This document shows positions 22,005-34,540 of a stretch of 64,000 nucleotides of DNA, in pieces. The notes under the pieces are model-generated. The model was not told the origin of the DNA and did not search any database. It was given only the letters and a program-made list of their open reading frames with translations. A program made the translations under genes and the position numbers. Every line of letters starts with the position of its first letter. Position 1 is the stretch's first letter. Source of the DNA: Pachysolen tannophilus NRRL Y-2460 (Eukaryota); NCBI GenBank assembly GCA_001661245.1, contig KV454012.1, forward strand, positions 1,471,741-1,535,740, given 5' to 3'.

Positions 22005-23672
22005 AGCAGAAGTTTTATTTTTTTATTTTTTTTCAGATTCGTTCTTGTTCTCCGTATATTTAGTATGTAGGTTAGGATGTTTAGTCTGCAGGTAAAGGGA
22101 ATACAAGGGATGCCCAGACCGACAGTAATCTAAGGCAACCATTTTTTTTTTTCTTTTTAGTGTTAACATTAACAAGTGTTTTTTTTTTTGTAGTAGTAGT
22201 AGTAAAGAATGTGAAGAGATTATTATTAAATAAAAAAAAAAAAATTCCAAAATTTGATGCTTATTTTTAAACAGGTTTAAAATTTTTTTTTATTTTTTTC
22301 AATTTTTTATGAAATTCTCTCGTTAACAAAAGCAAAATTACAAAATATATCAATTTCATAAATGACTAGTAAAAAATCAATTAATTGAGTTGAGACTAAC
22401 TAACTATTAAACTAAACTACATCCGGTAGTATATATAACAATAGGAAAAGCCCTTTTTTTTTCCCTCTTTATGTGTAATTTATCCTCGGACTTAAAAAGT
22501 CTCGGATTAAAAAAATATTTAATATATTTATCCGAAAATTTGTCTCGCTTCTGTAGTAATACAATAGTTGCCCTGTGGGATTGTAAGTCATGGAATTACC
22601 AGGCTCTCGCCATATATGTCCAAGAATCGTAATAAAGGTTCTGATGCTTCTGATAAAATAAGAAAGTTTAAAGATTAATTTTCAAAAGATTTACTATTGA
22701 TTTATTTACGTTCTGAATTTGATTAGATTATTTTCACCCAAGATAACAATCCTCTCTAAACTTTAATGACAGATTTGCTAGGCATTTCTAGCTTTTAAAC
22801 GCTGATCCCTTGGTTTAACTTAAAGCTAATAATGCAGATTTGTACTTTAAAAAAGCTTTTAAAAACGTTTAGGTCCCTATTCATCAGCGCCCTCAAATAT
22901 TTGTTCTATTCTACAAAAGACAAAAAGACTGGAAATATGCATAACATGACACAGATTTTAGCGTCCTGTAATTTTAATTAATTTTTAATGGATAATTTTC
23001 TCTTTTTTTTTTTTTTTTTTTTTTTCTTCTGTTTGATAGATAAAGAAACAGATAGTATTAAGTGGGCCCATCATCTTTATGGAGTTAAGGGAACTAGTTA
23101 AAATGATTGGTGATAATTGGAAGTTTGGTGGAAACAATAAAAGTTAATTTGGAATCTCACGATATCTAACCAATGCCTCTTCCTTTTCTTTTCTTTTTTT
23201 TTTTTTTTTTTTTTCCCGGTATCTTTTATGGTTTTTATTTTCTGGAGATTATTTTTTTCTTTCTTTTTTTTTTATGAATTGAATTTTTTATTAATCAGGT
23301 GAAATTTGGCTAAAGAATGTCAAGATTGACCTCTTATTTTAAGGAAGTCGGTCAATAATATGATTGCCCAAAAAATTAGTCTATTTAATTTGCTATTTAT
23401 TCAGTGTTGAAAAAATTGTTGTAATATTTATGTAATACAGCAGAAGCATAATTGCAGATCTCTCTATAAAAATTGTACGGTTTAATGTTAGTCTTATTGA
23501 TCACTCATTTAAAATATATAAAATTTCTCTTCTTTTGGCCTCATACGACTAAAAGATCTTCTAGAGCAACCAATTTTTAACCAATTCAGAAGAATTCATA
23601 GTCATAAATACGAACTAAATACTAAGATTATGCTTATGACCTTTAAGTCTCTTTTAATTAAAATTAACCTTT

Positions 23673-23705
<33 letters not shown>

Positions 23706-24327
23706 GTATATTCTGAATTTCAGATTATCAATTTGAGCATCAAAATAAGTTTAATGGAAACCAATGTTGGCCAGATTTTTATCCCTTCCTTTTAAGCTTT
23801 TGAACTTAAAAATGTAAGCTACTAGACTGCTTTATTTACAATTGCTAAAGAACAAATGGTTATGTATCTATTAAGATAACAGACTGTCAATTTAGAATGC
23901 TTTTTCTTTTTTTTTTCCAAGAGTCTAAATTTAAAACAATATTTATTTATTACAAAGTATATCTATTTATCTTAAGAGAAAACTTGCAATAAATCCTCAA
24001 ATAGGAAGAGTATGGTTAAGAAAAATTTAATAATTAAAGTCCTTATTCAAAGTTTTCAGTTTTAAATTTTTATAAAAAATATCCGAATTCATAATGTAAA
24101 ACCTACCATGGCTATTTTGATATATAATGTATAAGCAAATAAAACTTTTCTAGAAAACTCACTCCCTTACCGAACACAAGAACAAAAAAAGAAAAAAGAA
24201 AACCTAATTGTAAAACTAACCGACTATAAACAAATTAAAGAATAAAAAACACAACATCATTTTCTAAGCAACAAATCATAAAAAAATAGGGCAGATAAAA
24301 AGCGATAGATAATTTTGAAGACAACAA

Positions 24328-25488
24328 CTATATATGATCATGAGGAAGAGAGCCAGTGTTGCTTATATATGGACATCTAGAGTTAACATCATCAGTCAAA
24401 ATATGATACTCCAACCAAACTAATGCTTTAAATTTTAACCCACAACTACAGGTTCCAATATGAGGTAATTTTTCGTTTAAGTTGTACAACTTCTTAATAT
24501 TTGGATCGTCAAATTTAAAATGTGCATTCAACAAATGTTTTTTGAAATCATATTGACGATTGAATTGCCCAGTTCTATGACGACAGAATTGATGTGGAAA
24601 CATACACCTGAATCTTGATACAGGTTCATGAGTTCTTAAATGACGAAGCATATCACGATGGATCAATTTGTGACAAACATGACAATTCTTTGGGTTTGAT
24701 TTCGACGATGAACCAGTTTTTTTAGTTCTATGAAGATTTGAACATTTGGATTTAGCATTTGGAATAACAGGCGAACTACTCACCGATGAGCATGAACTTG
24801 AAAGGTTATAAGGAGGAGGAGATTGCAAAAACGCTGAAGACTCGATTAATTGTTGTTGGTCTGGAAACTGGTGGTGATGTCCCAGAATCTTGTCCTGGTT
24901 ATTTTCGTTAATCAAATAAGGCCGTTCTGAATTTGAAATATGTATATCTTGAAAATTCCGATCAACAAAAATATCAGAAAAAGCTTTGTTTATATCTTCT
25001 TCGCTGATCTCTGCACTTATGTGGCTATCGCAAATCTGAGTGGACCTGCCTGGGGTAGGAGAGAAAATTTCGGTTTTGACCGTACTCAGTGAAGTATCGG
25101 ATATACTAGAATAGCTTAAATCTCCTGATAACTGAGGAATTGTTGGAACAAAATCTATTAATGGTGAAAAATATCCAGTTTGCTCACCTTCGGTTATTGC
25201 TGTTGTTGATGTAGCCCCAACTTCTGTCAGCATGTTTTTTAAAGGTGACAGTAATGTATAATTCAAATCAATCTTTGTATATGGAATAGAAGGAGATGAA
25301 ACAGCAGAATTCAAGTTCTCCTGACTAAACATTCCATAAATTGAGCTGTCACTAAATTGAAGCCTGAGGTACAAATCTTCTAATCCATTATTTATCTGTT
25401 GTTCTGTTCTTGTAACTTCTCGATTTGATGGACTACGATGATTCATCGTCCTATTTATTTCCTGGTTAGATGATCTAGTATGGTTCAT
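24328..25488 (-). CDS. C2H2 zinc-finger transcription factor
   Basis: 386 aa; Ser/acidic N-terminal part; CHVC..HLRTH, CMFPHQFC..HLLNAH and CSCG..H fingers at the C-terminus. Confidence 0.85.
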   Translation of the reverse strand: MNHTRSSNQEINRTMNHRSPSNREVTRTEQQINNGLEDLYLRLQFSDSSIYGMFSQENLNSAVSSPSIPYTKIDLNYTLLSPLKNMLTEVGATSTTAITEGEQTGYFSPLIDFVPTIPQLSGDLSYSSISDTSLSTVKTEIFSPTPGRSTQICDSHISAEISEEDINKAFSDIFVDRNFQDIHISNSERPYLINENNQDKILGHHHQFPDQQQLIESSAFLQSPPPYNLSSSCSSVSSSPVIPNAKSKCSNLHRTKKTGSSSKSNPKNCHVCHKLIHRDMLRHLRTHEPVSRFRCMFPHQFCRHRTGQFNRQYDFKKHLLNAHFKFDDPNIKKLYNLNEKLPHIGTCSCGLKFKALVWLEYHILTDDVNSRCPYISNTGSLPHDHI

Positions 25489-28400
25489 ACTCCGTAGATG
25501 TCGCCGCTAAACAAATCTGAGAGGGTATGGTTATAGGAATTTTACCAACTGAGCTCGAGGTTGAACAATCCTATTTATACAAAATATTCATATTAACAAC
25601 CTCAAATTTAAAGTTTGAGAAAACCTACTAAAACTTACACAGCTTGATAACTTAATATGCGCGTTAGAGACAAGTCCATGCATCTTAATGTATGCAACTC
25701 ATTAAATGACCAAGCATGCATAACTAAAAGATTCTGAAAAAAATTTTCAAAAGAAAAGAAAAAAAAAAAAAAAAAAAAAAAAGAGATGACAAAATTGAAT
25801 ACCGGTAATTAAGAGCTAGTAGTGATCTCTGGACTTAAAAAATAGTTAGTTTCCACATGCCCTGTTCCGGTGTAATGAGAAAGAGAAATTTTTGTGTTGG
25901 CAGCCTTTTTTTCCGTTATTGAAGTAAGAGAGGTCAACCAATACCATGAAAAATGAAAAATCATTTTTCAATAGAAAATCAATTTCTGCGAAGTACAAAA
26001 GGTAAAATTGTAACAATACTATTGTTCGATTCTCCTTCCGAGTGAAATATTTGGAAAAGGGACCTAATGAGAATGGTACCAATGGTGTAATATGTATACA
26101 GAGCCTACGTGACAATGGACCGTTGTCCACCTGTCCGTTTTTGTCTAAGCAGGTAATCATTTACTTTTCTGCAACAAGAAAATGAGCAAAAAAACAATGC
26201 TAATGATGACACATTTTTTCCAAGAACACAGAGATATGTGATATCGCGACATAGCAGTACATAAAAAATATGCCAAAGGTTTTATTTAAGAAAAAAGGCA
26301 GAATTCTCGGAACAATTATATAAAAAGTGGGAACATAGGGTTGAATTCATTTATTTTTTTATTTTTTTAATTTTTTTTCAATTTTAGCTACTAATTACTT
26401 ACATCGAAGGTTCGCTTTTTTTTTTCTCTCTCTGTATTGCTTCTGGAATACTTCAATGCATCTCTTCAAAAGTTAAAAATGGCTAAGTAACATGAGACAA
26501 ATTAAATTCATAATTTCCTTGGCAGATAGATGACTTTATGAGAAAAACTATGAAAAAATACAAAATTCTGCTAAAACTAATATAATACGAGATAAGCTCC
26601 ATATTGGAAATTTCATATTGTACATGATACTTATAAAACAAAGGAAACAATCAATGAATAGTTTTGTTTTTCTGAAAGAGGATTTTATAGTCTTGAGATA
26701 GTAATCCAGTTGATATGACTACTGTAGAAAATTTCAAACTAGCATTGTTTGAAAAAATCAATTCGTAGAATATTTGACCGATTAAGGTCTTTTCGCACTA
26801 AATCGTTACACTTTATCCTGTACAACTTATTTCATGCTTTAGTGTGAAAATTTTTCATTTGAAATCATAACAAGCCGTTTGAAATTTAGTGAAAATCACA
26901 AGTTAACTAAGAAATAAATACTCCTAAACCCACTTAATTTGAACTTTAATTGAAAATGGCAGTGGTTAGTTAAAGATGAATTTGTTTAGCTTAAATTTTC
27001 AACAGTAATTTACAAAATTTAATTAAAAATTAATAAACGGTTTCAATCTTTAGTAGACTGTAAAAAGGACCCTTGCCACACTAACTGATTGTAAAGATTT
27101 TTCTACTTTTTTAAAAAAATAGAAAAAAAAAAAGAAAAAAAAAACTAATAATATTTATCAAACATCTTTGAAAAATTAATTAATTTCTTTCAGAACCAGC
27201 AATTCAATGATGAATTTCCAATCTGAATAATTTCAATTATATCACATGTGCTGATTACTTTTTAAAATAAGCATCATTCAAAACTATATGTATTACATTC
27301 TACAAAGTGTGTTGGCTGGTATTAATGTTTAAGACAAACAGAGCAGGCAAAGTGTTAAGTTTGAAATGATTAATTTATTAATTTTTATTGTTTCAAAAAG
27401 AATTGAGTTAAAAGAATTTAGTTATTAAAAAAGTACCAATTCTGATCAATCAATAATAGGGTAAAAGTATAGCTTTAGTTTAGTATATTTTTAAGCGGTC
27501 CATTAACGTTTTTGAGGACTTATTCGTGCGTGATTTTAAAAAAAATTCATGCAGTCTCCAAAACTTTAAATAAATAATACTCTTTTTTCAACATATTGTT
27601 TTCTAGAAATAATTGTATTATGCGAATAAGCCTTGATGTAAAGTAAGCCTGGTCTGGTCGGTCTATGTTTGTTTATAAAAATGTTTCTGCTAAAGTTTTT
27701 TTCATAAATATTAGTTGTTGGGAAACTTGATTTGGGTTTTTCTTTTTGATGAATTTTGTAAAAATTAGAAAAGAGAAGCCAAAAAAGCAAAAAAAAAAAA
27801 AAAACGGAAAATGAAAAATTCAAGTTAAGAAATGTTTTAATGCTTCCTTTTATCGGTACGTTCTGTTTGTTTTTACATATATTTTAACTTTTACTAATGT
27901 TCGACTGCGTCTGTTGCTGCGATACGGAGAGTAAAGAAGTATGCGAGACTTGTTTTGGAATCAAATGACCATTTGGACTTAATACCGCTTAACCGCTGTT
28001 ACCGCAACAACTAGTTTCCAAGACATTGGTCTAATGGTCTAATTTTAAAAAAAAAATAAAAGAAAAGAAAAAAAAAAACATACTCTACTTGATTCTGATA
28101 AATTTTTGGTTGGCTGGTTTCCTTATTTCAAGATAGCGTTTTGTGGAGAGATTAGAAATTGTCTTGGCTTTTGAAGAACCCGAGATAACCAGTGATAACA
28201 GATATGTTAAAGTAATGACGAACCAATAAGAACTAGTTTGTAATTAAGCAGATTAATGACCGTTCAAGTCTCGCTTATTTTCCAAATAAAAGCCAAAATC
28301 GCTGCGCAGAGGTATTGAGCATTTCGGTTGTTTTTTTATTATTTTTAGTTTTTTATTTTTTTTTTTTTTTTTGTCATGAAGAATGGGAATGACGTTATTC

Positions 28401-29444
28401 CACAGAAGTTTTCTCTTTTTTCGGGAAAAGGACATTGCGTGGAATAAAGTTTTTCTATTAACATGAGATAATCAACAACTTACAGAAGTGAGAAATATGT
28501 CCAGTACTAAGAACATATCACGACAGAACAATGGATCAAGTAATATAGTACATACATACATTACGTTATTCTCGAGAAATTTTTCAGTGGTTATAAATAG
28601 ACAAATCACATCATTCATTTGAACTTGCTATGATCTCTTACAAGAGATATAAGTTTTCTCTGGCTACTATGACTTATACATATATCAAAGACAGAGATCA
28701 GTATTTCGAAAAAAAAAAAAAAAAAAAAAAGAAACAGTAAAATTGGCAATGAAGTATCATTGATGGCTCAGTTATATTCCTAACCTAATTTGGGTTAGTA
28801 CTATGTAGACTAAATTTTTAGAACTAAATTAATAACATTAGACTAAAAAATATCATTTAGCTTTAAAATGGCCAATCCAAAAAGGGATTTATTAAAGCAG
28901 AACCTTTTTTTTTGCAAAAAAAAAAAGAAATTTTATCTTCTTAATAAATACTCTACTAGCTTTTAACTTAAACGAAACGAACTTTTTCGCATATTATTAT
29001 TATTGGAGTTAACTGCGAGGAATTTAATATTATTGAAATATTAAGAATACTACTATGTATCAAAAAATGCATGCACTTTCTACGCATTATTTCAAGCCCG
29101 TTCATACATCTTTTGAGGCTCAGGTAATTAAATTTTTCACTTTTCTTTTTTTTTTTCTTTTTTTTTTTTTAATGAATTCTGAAAAATTAGATCGCCTAGT
29201 GAAAGCCTTTTAGGACTAATTAGGCTGTTGTTTTAATAGTTGTAATAGTAGCAGTAGTAATAATAGTATTAGTGGGTGTTAAGTTCTTTTTTTATTTTTT
29301 TTATACCTATTTGGCTGTCTTATCTGTGTGTTTCAAAGGCACACAATACAGCGGACAAGCTTGATTGGATATTTTACAAGGCTTGAGACATTGCAACAAT
29401 ATTCCAAAAGCCAAAAAAAGAATTATATTAGTAGTTAGTATTGG

Positions 29445-30962
29445 ATGATTACGGGTGATTCTCACAGCTTAAGAGAAAAAAAAGCTACTACTATTACTAC
29501 TATTACTACCAAGATTAATAATACCCATACTACTAGAAGTGGAGATGAGATTTTTAAAATTTCATCTCGTTTCATGTTAAAGAATGAGAATGAGAAGTAT
29601 ATAGAATTCAAAGAATATATGGATTTGCCAGCGATCAAATTATTAAAAGAGTTGGATCTTAGCTTGATAAAAATTATAGATGAAGAAGATTTCAGTGTAG
29701 ATCAATATCAATGTAGCAAGGAAAAGCAAGTACAAGTAGAATTATTTCTGGAAATTGAAAAAGCAAAATTGAAAAAAATTAATCAATTAATCTCACAAGA
29801 AAAATTAAATGAACTGAAAAAACATATAATATCAAAAGGTGCTGATGGTATTATTTACAAATGTGAAATTGATGTTTCAGAGAAGAAAAATTTATTATCG
29901 GTAAATGTGAACAATAAAGATGTAAAAAATTCTCAATTTGTTATAATTAAAAAATTTGTTAAAAAAGGTCAAAATTCATCAAATGATAGTTTTAAAACTA
30001 CTGCTTATACACTTAATTCATTAAAAGAATTTTTAATCTCTTTGAAAGCTTCAACTAAAAATAATAATACTGTGCTGCCATTGGACTTCGTAAAATATTT
30101 TGATGATGATGATGATGATAATAATAATAATATTATGAGTTATTCTATGCTCCTCCCATACTACCTGAATGGTGATTTATTATCGTTATTATCAAATCTT
30201 AGGAAAAAACCATACATTCGTTTCAGACAAGAACATAAAAATTTATTGTTTATTAAGATATTGAGAATTGTTAATTTTTTACATACAAATTTAAAAATTG
30301 TTCATCGTGATATAAAACCAGAAAATATCTTGATTGATAATAATGGTGATTTAAAATTGACTGATTTTGGTTTTGCAATAGATATGACAAGTGATGATTA
30401 TTTGACTACAAGGCAAAATTCTAATAAAAGAATTATAAAATTTAGAAATTTATCCCTTGGTACTAGGAGCTTTATAGCTCCAGAAACGTTTAAATTTGAT
30501 GAATGTGGTAATATAAAAGAAAATAAAATTAACAATAATTTGAAATCAGTTAAGGAAATTGTTGATTTGAAAAAACTAGATATTTGGTCCTTGGTGATAC
30601 TATATTTTCAAATAAACAAGATGATTAAACCATGGAAAGTTGCAAATACTGAGGAAGACTCTACTTATAAAAAATTTGAAATTTTTTATAAGAGTAATTT
30701 GATTGACACTCGTTTAAATTTAAGTTGTGTAAATGAAGTTTATCTATCTACAATATTTGATAAAAACGGTATAATAAACAACGATTTGAAAATAATGTTA
30801 CTCGGAATGTTAAATCCGAACCCATTTCAAAGATTGGGATTACAACAAGTTTTACAAAGTAATTGGTGCTTGAGTTTAAATGAAGATTTTACTAACTACA
30901 TAAAACTTCCCAAAGATGAAGAATTATTGAAATTGGTAAGGTCTACTTCTACAATTACATAA
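29445..30962 (+). CDS. Ser/Thr protein kinase (divergent, NPR/HAL-like)
   Basis: 505 aa; SKGADG loop, VIIKK, HRDIKPEN, DFG, GTRSFIAPE and DIWS motifs. Confidence 0.9.
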   Translation: MITGDSHSLREKKATTITTITTKINNTHTTRSGDEIFKISSRFMLKNENEKYIEFKEYMDLPAIKLLKELDLSLIKIIDEEDFSVDQYQCSKEKQVQVELFLEIEKAKLKKINQLISQEKLNELKKHIISKGADGIIYKCEIDVSEKKNLLSVNVNNKDVKNSQFVIIKKFVKKGQNSSNDSFKTTAYTLNSLKEFLISLKASTKNNNTVLPLDFVKYFDDDDDDNNNNIMSYSMLLPYYLNGDLLSLLSNLRKKPYIRFRQEHKNLLFIKILRIVNFLHTNLKIVHRDIKPENILIDNNGDLKLTDFGFAIDMTSDDYLTTRQNSNKRIIKFRNLSLGTRSFIAPETFKFDECGNIKENKINNNLKSVKEIVDLKKLDIWSLVILYFQINKMIKPWKVANTEEDSTYKKFEIFYKSNLIDTRLNLSCVNEVYLSTIFDKNGIINNDLKIMLLGMLNPNPFQRLGLQQVLQSNWCLSLNEDFTNYIKLPKDEELLKLVRSTSTIT

Positions 30963-31173
30963 TTTTGTTTTTTTTTAGAGTTTACGCAATGCATTTTCTT
31001 CAGCGTACCTGATTCTTATGTCTTATTATGTTTCACTGTGTTCTACTCTGTTTCAGTTTTATCCAAGTGGCGCGTAATGATATATTTAAATCCGGAAATA
31101 TCAGGAAATAGTGACACATACATACGAATATAATATAATATATTATATTATATAATATTATAAATTAGTATTT

Positions 31174-31947
31174 TTAATTTGTTAACCAACCGCTGTCAAC
31201 AGGAATAACGGTACCAGTAACATAATCACTTGCATCACTTGCCAAAAATACAGCTACACCAATTAGTTCATTAGTCTGACCAAATTTCTCAACAGATGAT
31301 TTATCGTGTAATGATTTTAATTCTTCTTCTGGCACGTTTGACAAAATATCTGCAGTGAAAAAACCAGGCGCAATACCGTTTACATTTATTCCTTTAGCTC
31401 TCCATTCTTTAGCTAAAACGGTTGTCAAGTTTTTCAATCCACCTTTTGCAGTGAAATATGGAATAGCATCTGGGGTATTTTTGAAGCTATGTATAGAGCA
31501 GACATTTATGATCTTACCTTTACTATTTGCTTTAATTAAATACCTTCCAAAATCTCTAGATAATAGCAGAGGTGCTAATAGGTCCACAGCAAGCACGTTT
31601 TCCCATGAATCATCAGATTGATTTTCTGCTGGAGCCATAGTGGCTATTCCAGCGTTATTGACCAAAATCTCTATTGATGGTACAATTTTTAATGCTCGTG
31701 GTAACATTTTTTCGACATTGTGTTTTAATGATAAATCAATGGGTAAACTGTAAGCGTTTCTTCCATAACTTTCAATAATTTTCAAAGTTGAAGATGGGTC
31801 ACTTTTTGGATAATGAGCAACCACAACGTTTGAACCTGCTGCAGCTAGACCTCTTGCAATAGCTTTACCTATACCTTTTTCGGCACCAGTAACTATTGAA
31901 GTTTTACCTTTTAGCGAAAAGAGATTTGCAAGAACTGCTGAAGACAT
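31174..31947 (-). CDS. SDR oxidoreductase, 2-deoxy-D-gluconate 3-dehydrogenase (KduD)/gluconate 5-dehydrogenase-like
   Basis: 257 aa; TGAEKGIG, NNAG, YFTAK, GINVNGIAPG and VFLASDASDYVTG motifs. Confidence 0.85.
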   Translation of the reverse strand: MSSAVLANLFSLKGKTSIVTGAEKGIGKAIARGLAAAGSNVVVAHYPKSDPSSTLKIIESYGRNAYSLPIDLSLKHNVEKMLPRALKIVPSIEILVNNAGIATMAPAENQSDDSWENVLAVDLLAPLLLSRDFGRYLIKANSKGKIINVCSIHSFKNTPDAIPYFTAKGGLKNLTTVLAKEWRAKGINVNGIAPGFFTADILSNVPEEELKSLHDKSSVEKFGQTNELIGVAVFLASDASDYVTGTVIPVDSGWLTN

Positions 31948-32409
31948 AATTTTAAAATTTAACTAGTTTAAAACAATAATTTTTTTAAATGAAATACTTT
32001 TTTAAATGCTTATATACGGAGTTGAGTATTATAGAATGGGCACAGTCAATTATTGAATTTACAAAAATCTACAGTTAAATGTGTGGATTATTTATTATTT
32101 ATTTTGTATCTTTATTTTTGAAATAGGTAACGTGAAAAATCTACGGAATTCAATCGCTCGAATTTAAAATGGAATGAGCAATTTGATAATTTCGGATTAA
32201 TAATTGATACAAAAGAGAGATAAAAGAAAAGAAAGGAAAAAAAGGAAAAAAAAAGAACGACAAGTATGAAAAAATAACTTATCAGCAAAATACTGATGGT
32301 ATCTCATTAATTTTAATGATAACAACTTAATATATAAGTAAAAGCAAAAAAAAAAAATAAAAAAAATAAAAAATAATGAAGCGAACGAAGATCTAAGGTA
32401 TCAAAATAT

Positions 32410-33630
32410 TTAGACAACTTCTGATTCATCCGATACTACTGTTCTAACGGCTTCAGTTTGGTGTATTGCAGTAGTGCCTCCTGTATTGTTATTACTTCTA
32501 ACTTTAAAGAAATTTATTCTATTACTGCTTGCTGTTGCTGGAGCTGGAGCAGTGCCTGCCGTAGTTGCAGGTGCAGCACCAGCAGCACCTGTATTATTTT
32601 TCTTTGATCCCAAATTTCCAAAGAATCCTCTTTTCTGTGGATTCAGCTGTGATTTAGGTTCATCTGCTGGTGGTACTGTTGCTACTGGTGGTACTGTTGC
32701 TACTGGTGGTGCTGTTGTTGTTGGTGCTGCTGCTTGTGATGAAGGTGGTACTGCAAACTTGTTTGTAGTAGGGTATATACCTCCGTTGTAAGTATCTTCA
32801 TCAGAAGAGTAATTATTAAAGTTTTCTTTATTATAACTATCTTTTCTTTGTATTCTAGTTGCAGCAAGCAGTAAGCAACCAATCAAGAAAGATAAAGTTC
32901 CACTTAGCATTAACAATACGACTGAAGTCCAAGTAAAAGCCATCAATTTTGTACCTATAGTTGCAGTTCTATTGTCATTATTAAAAGTTGTCTTTGCCTT
33001 TTTCAAAGTATCTGTATACAAAGCAGCAGCAACAACACAAAAGACAAAAGCAACAAATGTTGAAAAAGTTGCCAAACCATTAATTGCTGAAGTATTTAAA
33101 CAAAATGCTGGTAAAGTCAACATTAAAGCAACTATGGTGAAAAATAAAGCAATTAATAAAAAAGCATATCCACATTTTGATTGATAATAATATTTATTTC
33201 TACTATTTGTAAAATCTGATGGAATTGATGATGATGAACCAAAATTATCCTTTGGAGAAATTGGGTAACCTGCATGTGAACTTGTACAATCGCTATTTTC
33301 ACCATTTGTTACATCACATAACCTATAATTAGTCCATCTTGAAGTATCAAAGTTTGCACCTGAAATACCACTGGTATCTGCTTCTAACCAATAAAATTTT
33401 TTCAAAACAGAATGATCAGTAGCACCACATAATACTATGAAAAATAGCAATAGTCCAGCACTAAATTAAAAAAAAATTGTTAGTAAAGATAAAGTTACAA
33501 CAAACAAAGAGGAGCAAAAAACGAAAATAACAAAAAAAAAAAAAAAAAAAATAACTTATTTTACTCACCCTGAAAGAAGGATTAAAGGTAAGATATTTGA
33601 TACTCTTTTAGTGATATAAAGAGGATTCAT
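32410..33630 (-). CDS. SUR7/PalI-family eisosome tetraspan membrane protein (2 exons: 33630-33569, 33460-32410)
   Basis: GG|GTGAGT donor, TACTAAC branch near 33480, TAG acceptor 33463-33461; 370 aa; FYWLEADT, RWTNYRLC and SPKDNF Sur7 motifs; Pro/Ala/Thr-rich tail. Confidence 0.88.
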
Positions 33631-34540
33631 CTTATCTATTTATTTATTTATCTATCTATCTATTCTTTTTTTTTTTTTTCAACTTTAGTGTTTTCACTAT
33701 AAAATTACAATCAATCAAATAGTACATATAAATAGAAAACAAACTTATTTACAATAATCCTTATTTTTTTTAACTTTCGTATAGATATTAGATATTTATA
33801 TATCTACAACTCAAATAGCAACAAGCAATCATTTAAACTTTTTAAATGATCAAAAAGGGAAATGCCATTCAATTTCATAATATTAAAGAACAATACTAGT
33901 AATACTTGTAATACTAGTAATAAAAATAAAAATAATAATAATTACTTTAATTGTGAAAAATTACATCATCCCCTCTAAATTTCTTCCAGAAACAAAGTTT
34001 TTCTTTTTTTTTCCATAAAAACTATAGAAAAAGAAAGAGAAAGAAAAATTTATAAAGCGATTAAATAAAGAAAGAAAGAAAGAAAGAAAAAGATAAAAAG
34101 AGTCATTAATCAATCTATAAAATGTGCTATGCAGTGCGATAGCAACTTTTTCTTTTTTTTGGTTTTTTTTGTTTATATAAATGCTGCGTACCGCTTTTAC
34201 TTGCAACAACTTGCATTTTTGCGCATTTGCGCATTTGCTTTTTTTTTTTGTAAATTTTTTATAAAATTTTTGTTGTTTCCTTTTTAGGAAGGAGATGACG
34301 TTGGCATTGTGGTAGTAACACGTTTTAATATATACATAAAGGTTAATAAATAATTTGTGTGAGCGAGAGAACTTTTTTTAAGTAAAAAAAAATTTTTTTT
34401 TTTCGTTTTTCTTTTTACGGCGGCAAAATTAGGTATAAATATAAGTAATTTCCTATTTTTAAAATTTTATTGTGTTTATATATTATTAAATAATTAAGCT
34501 AGATAAAGTTAATTTTTTTTTCTTTTTGATTAGGTTGATT

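Noticed and set aside
27207..27255. ATGATGA...CTGA as a box C/D snoRNA
   Set aside because: Only about 48 nt, no terminal stem and no recognisable rRNA guide.
27241..27400. ATCACATG (CDEI-like) followed by AT-rich DNA as a point centromere
   Set aside because: No CDEIII motif at the expected distance, and point centromeres are a Saccharomycetaceae feature.
25846..28435. Short ORFs (104, 85 and 60 aa) in the long intergenic region
   Set aside because: No recognisable motifs; composition driven by homopolymer tracts.
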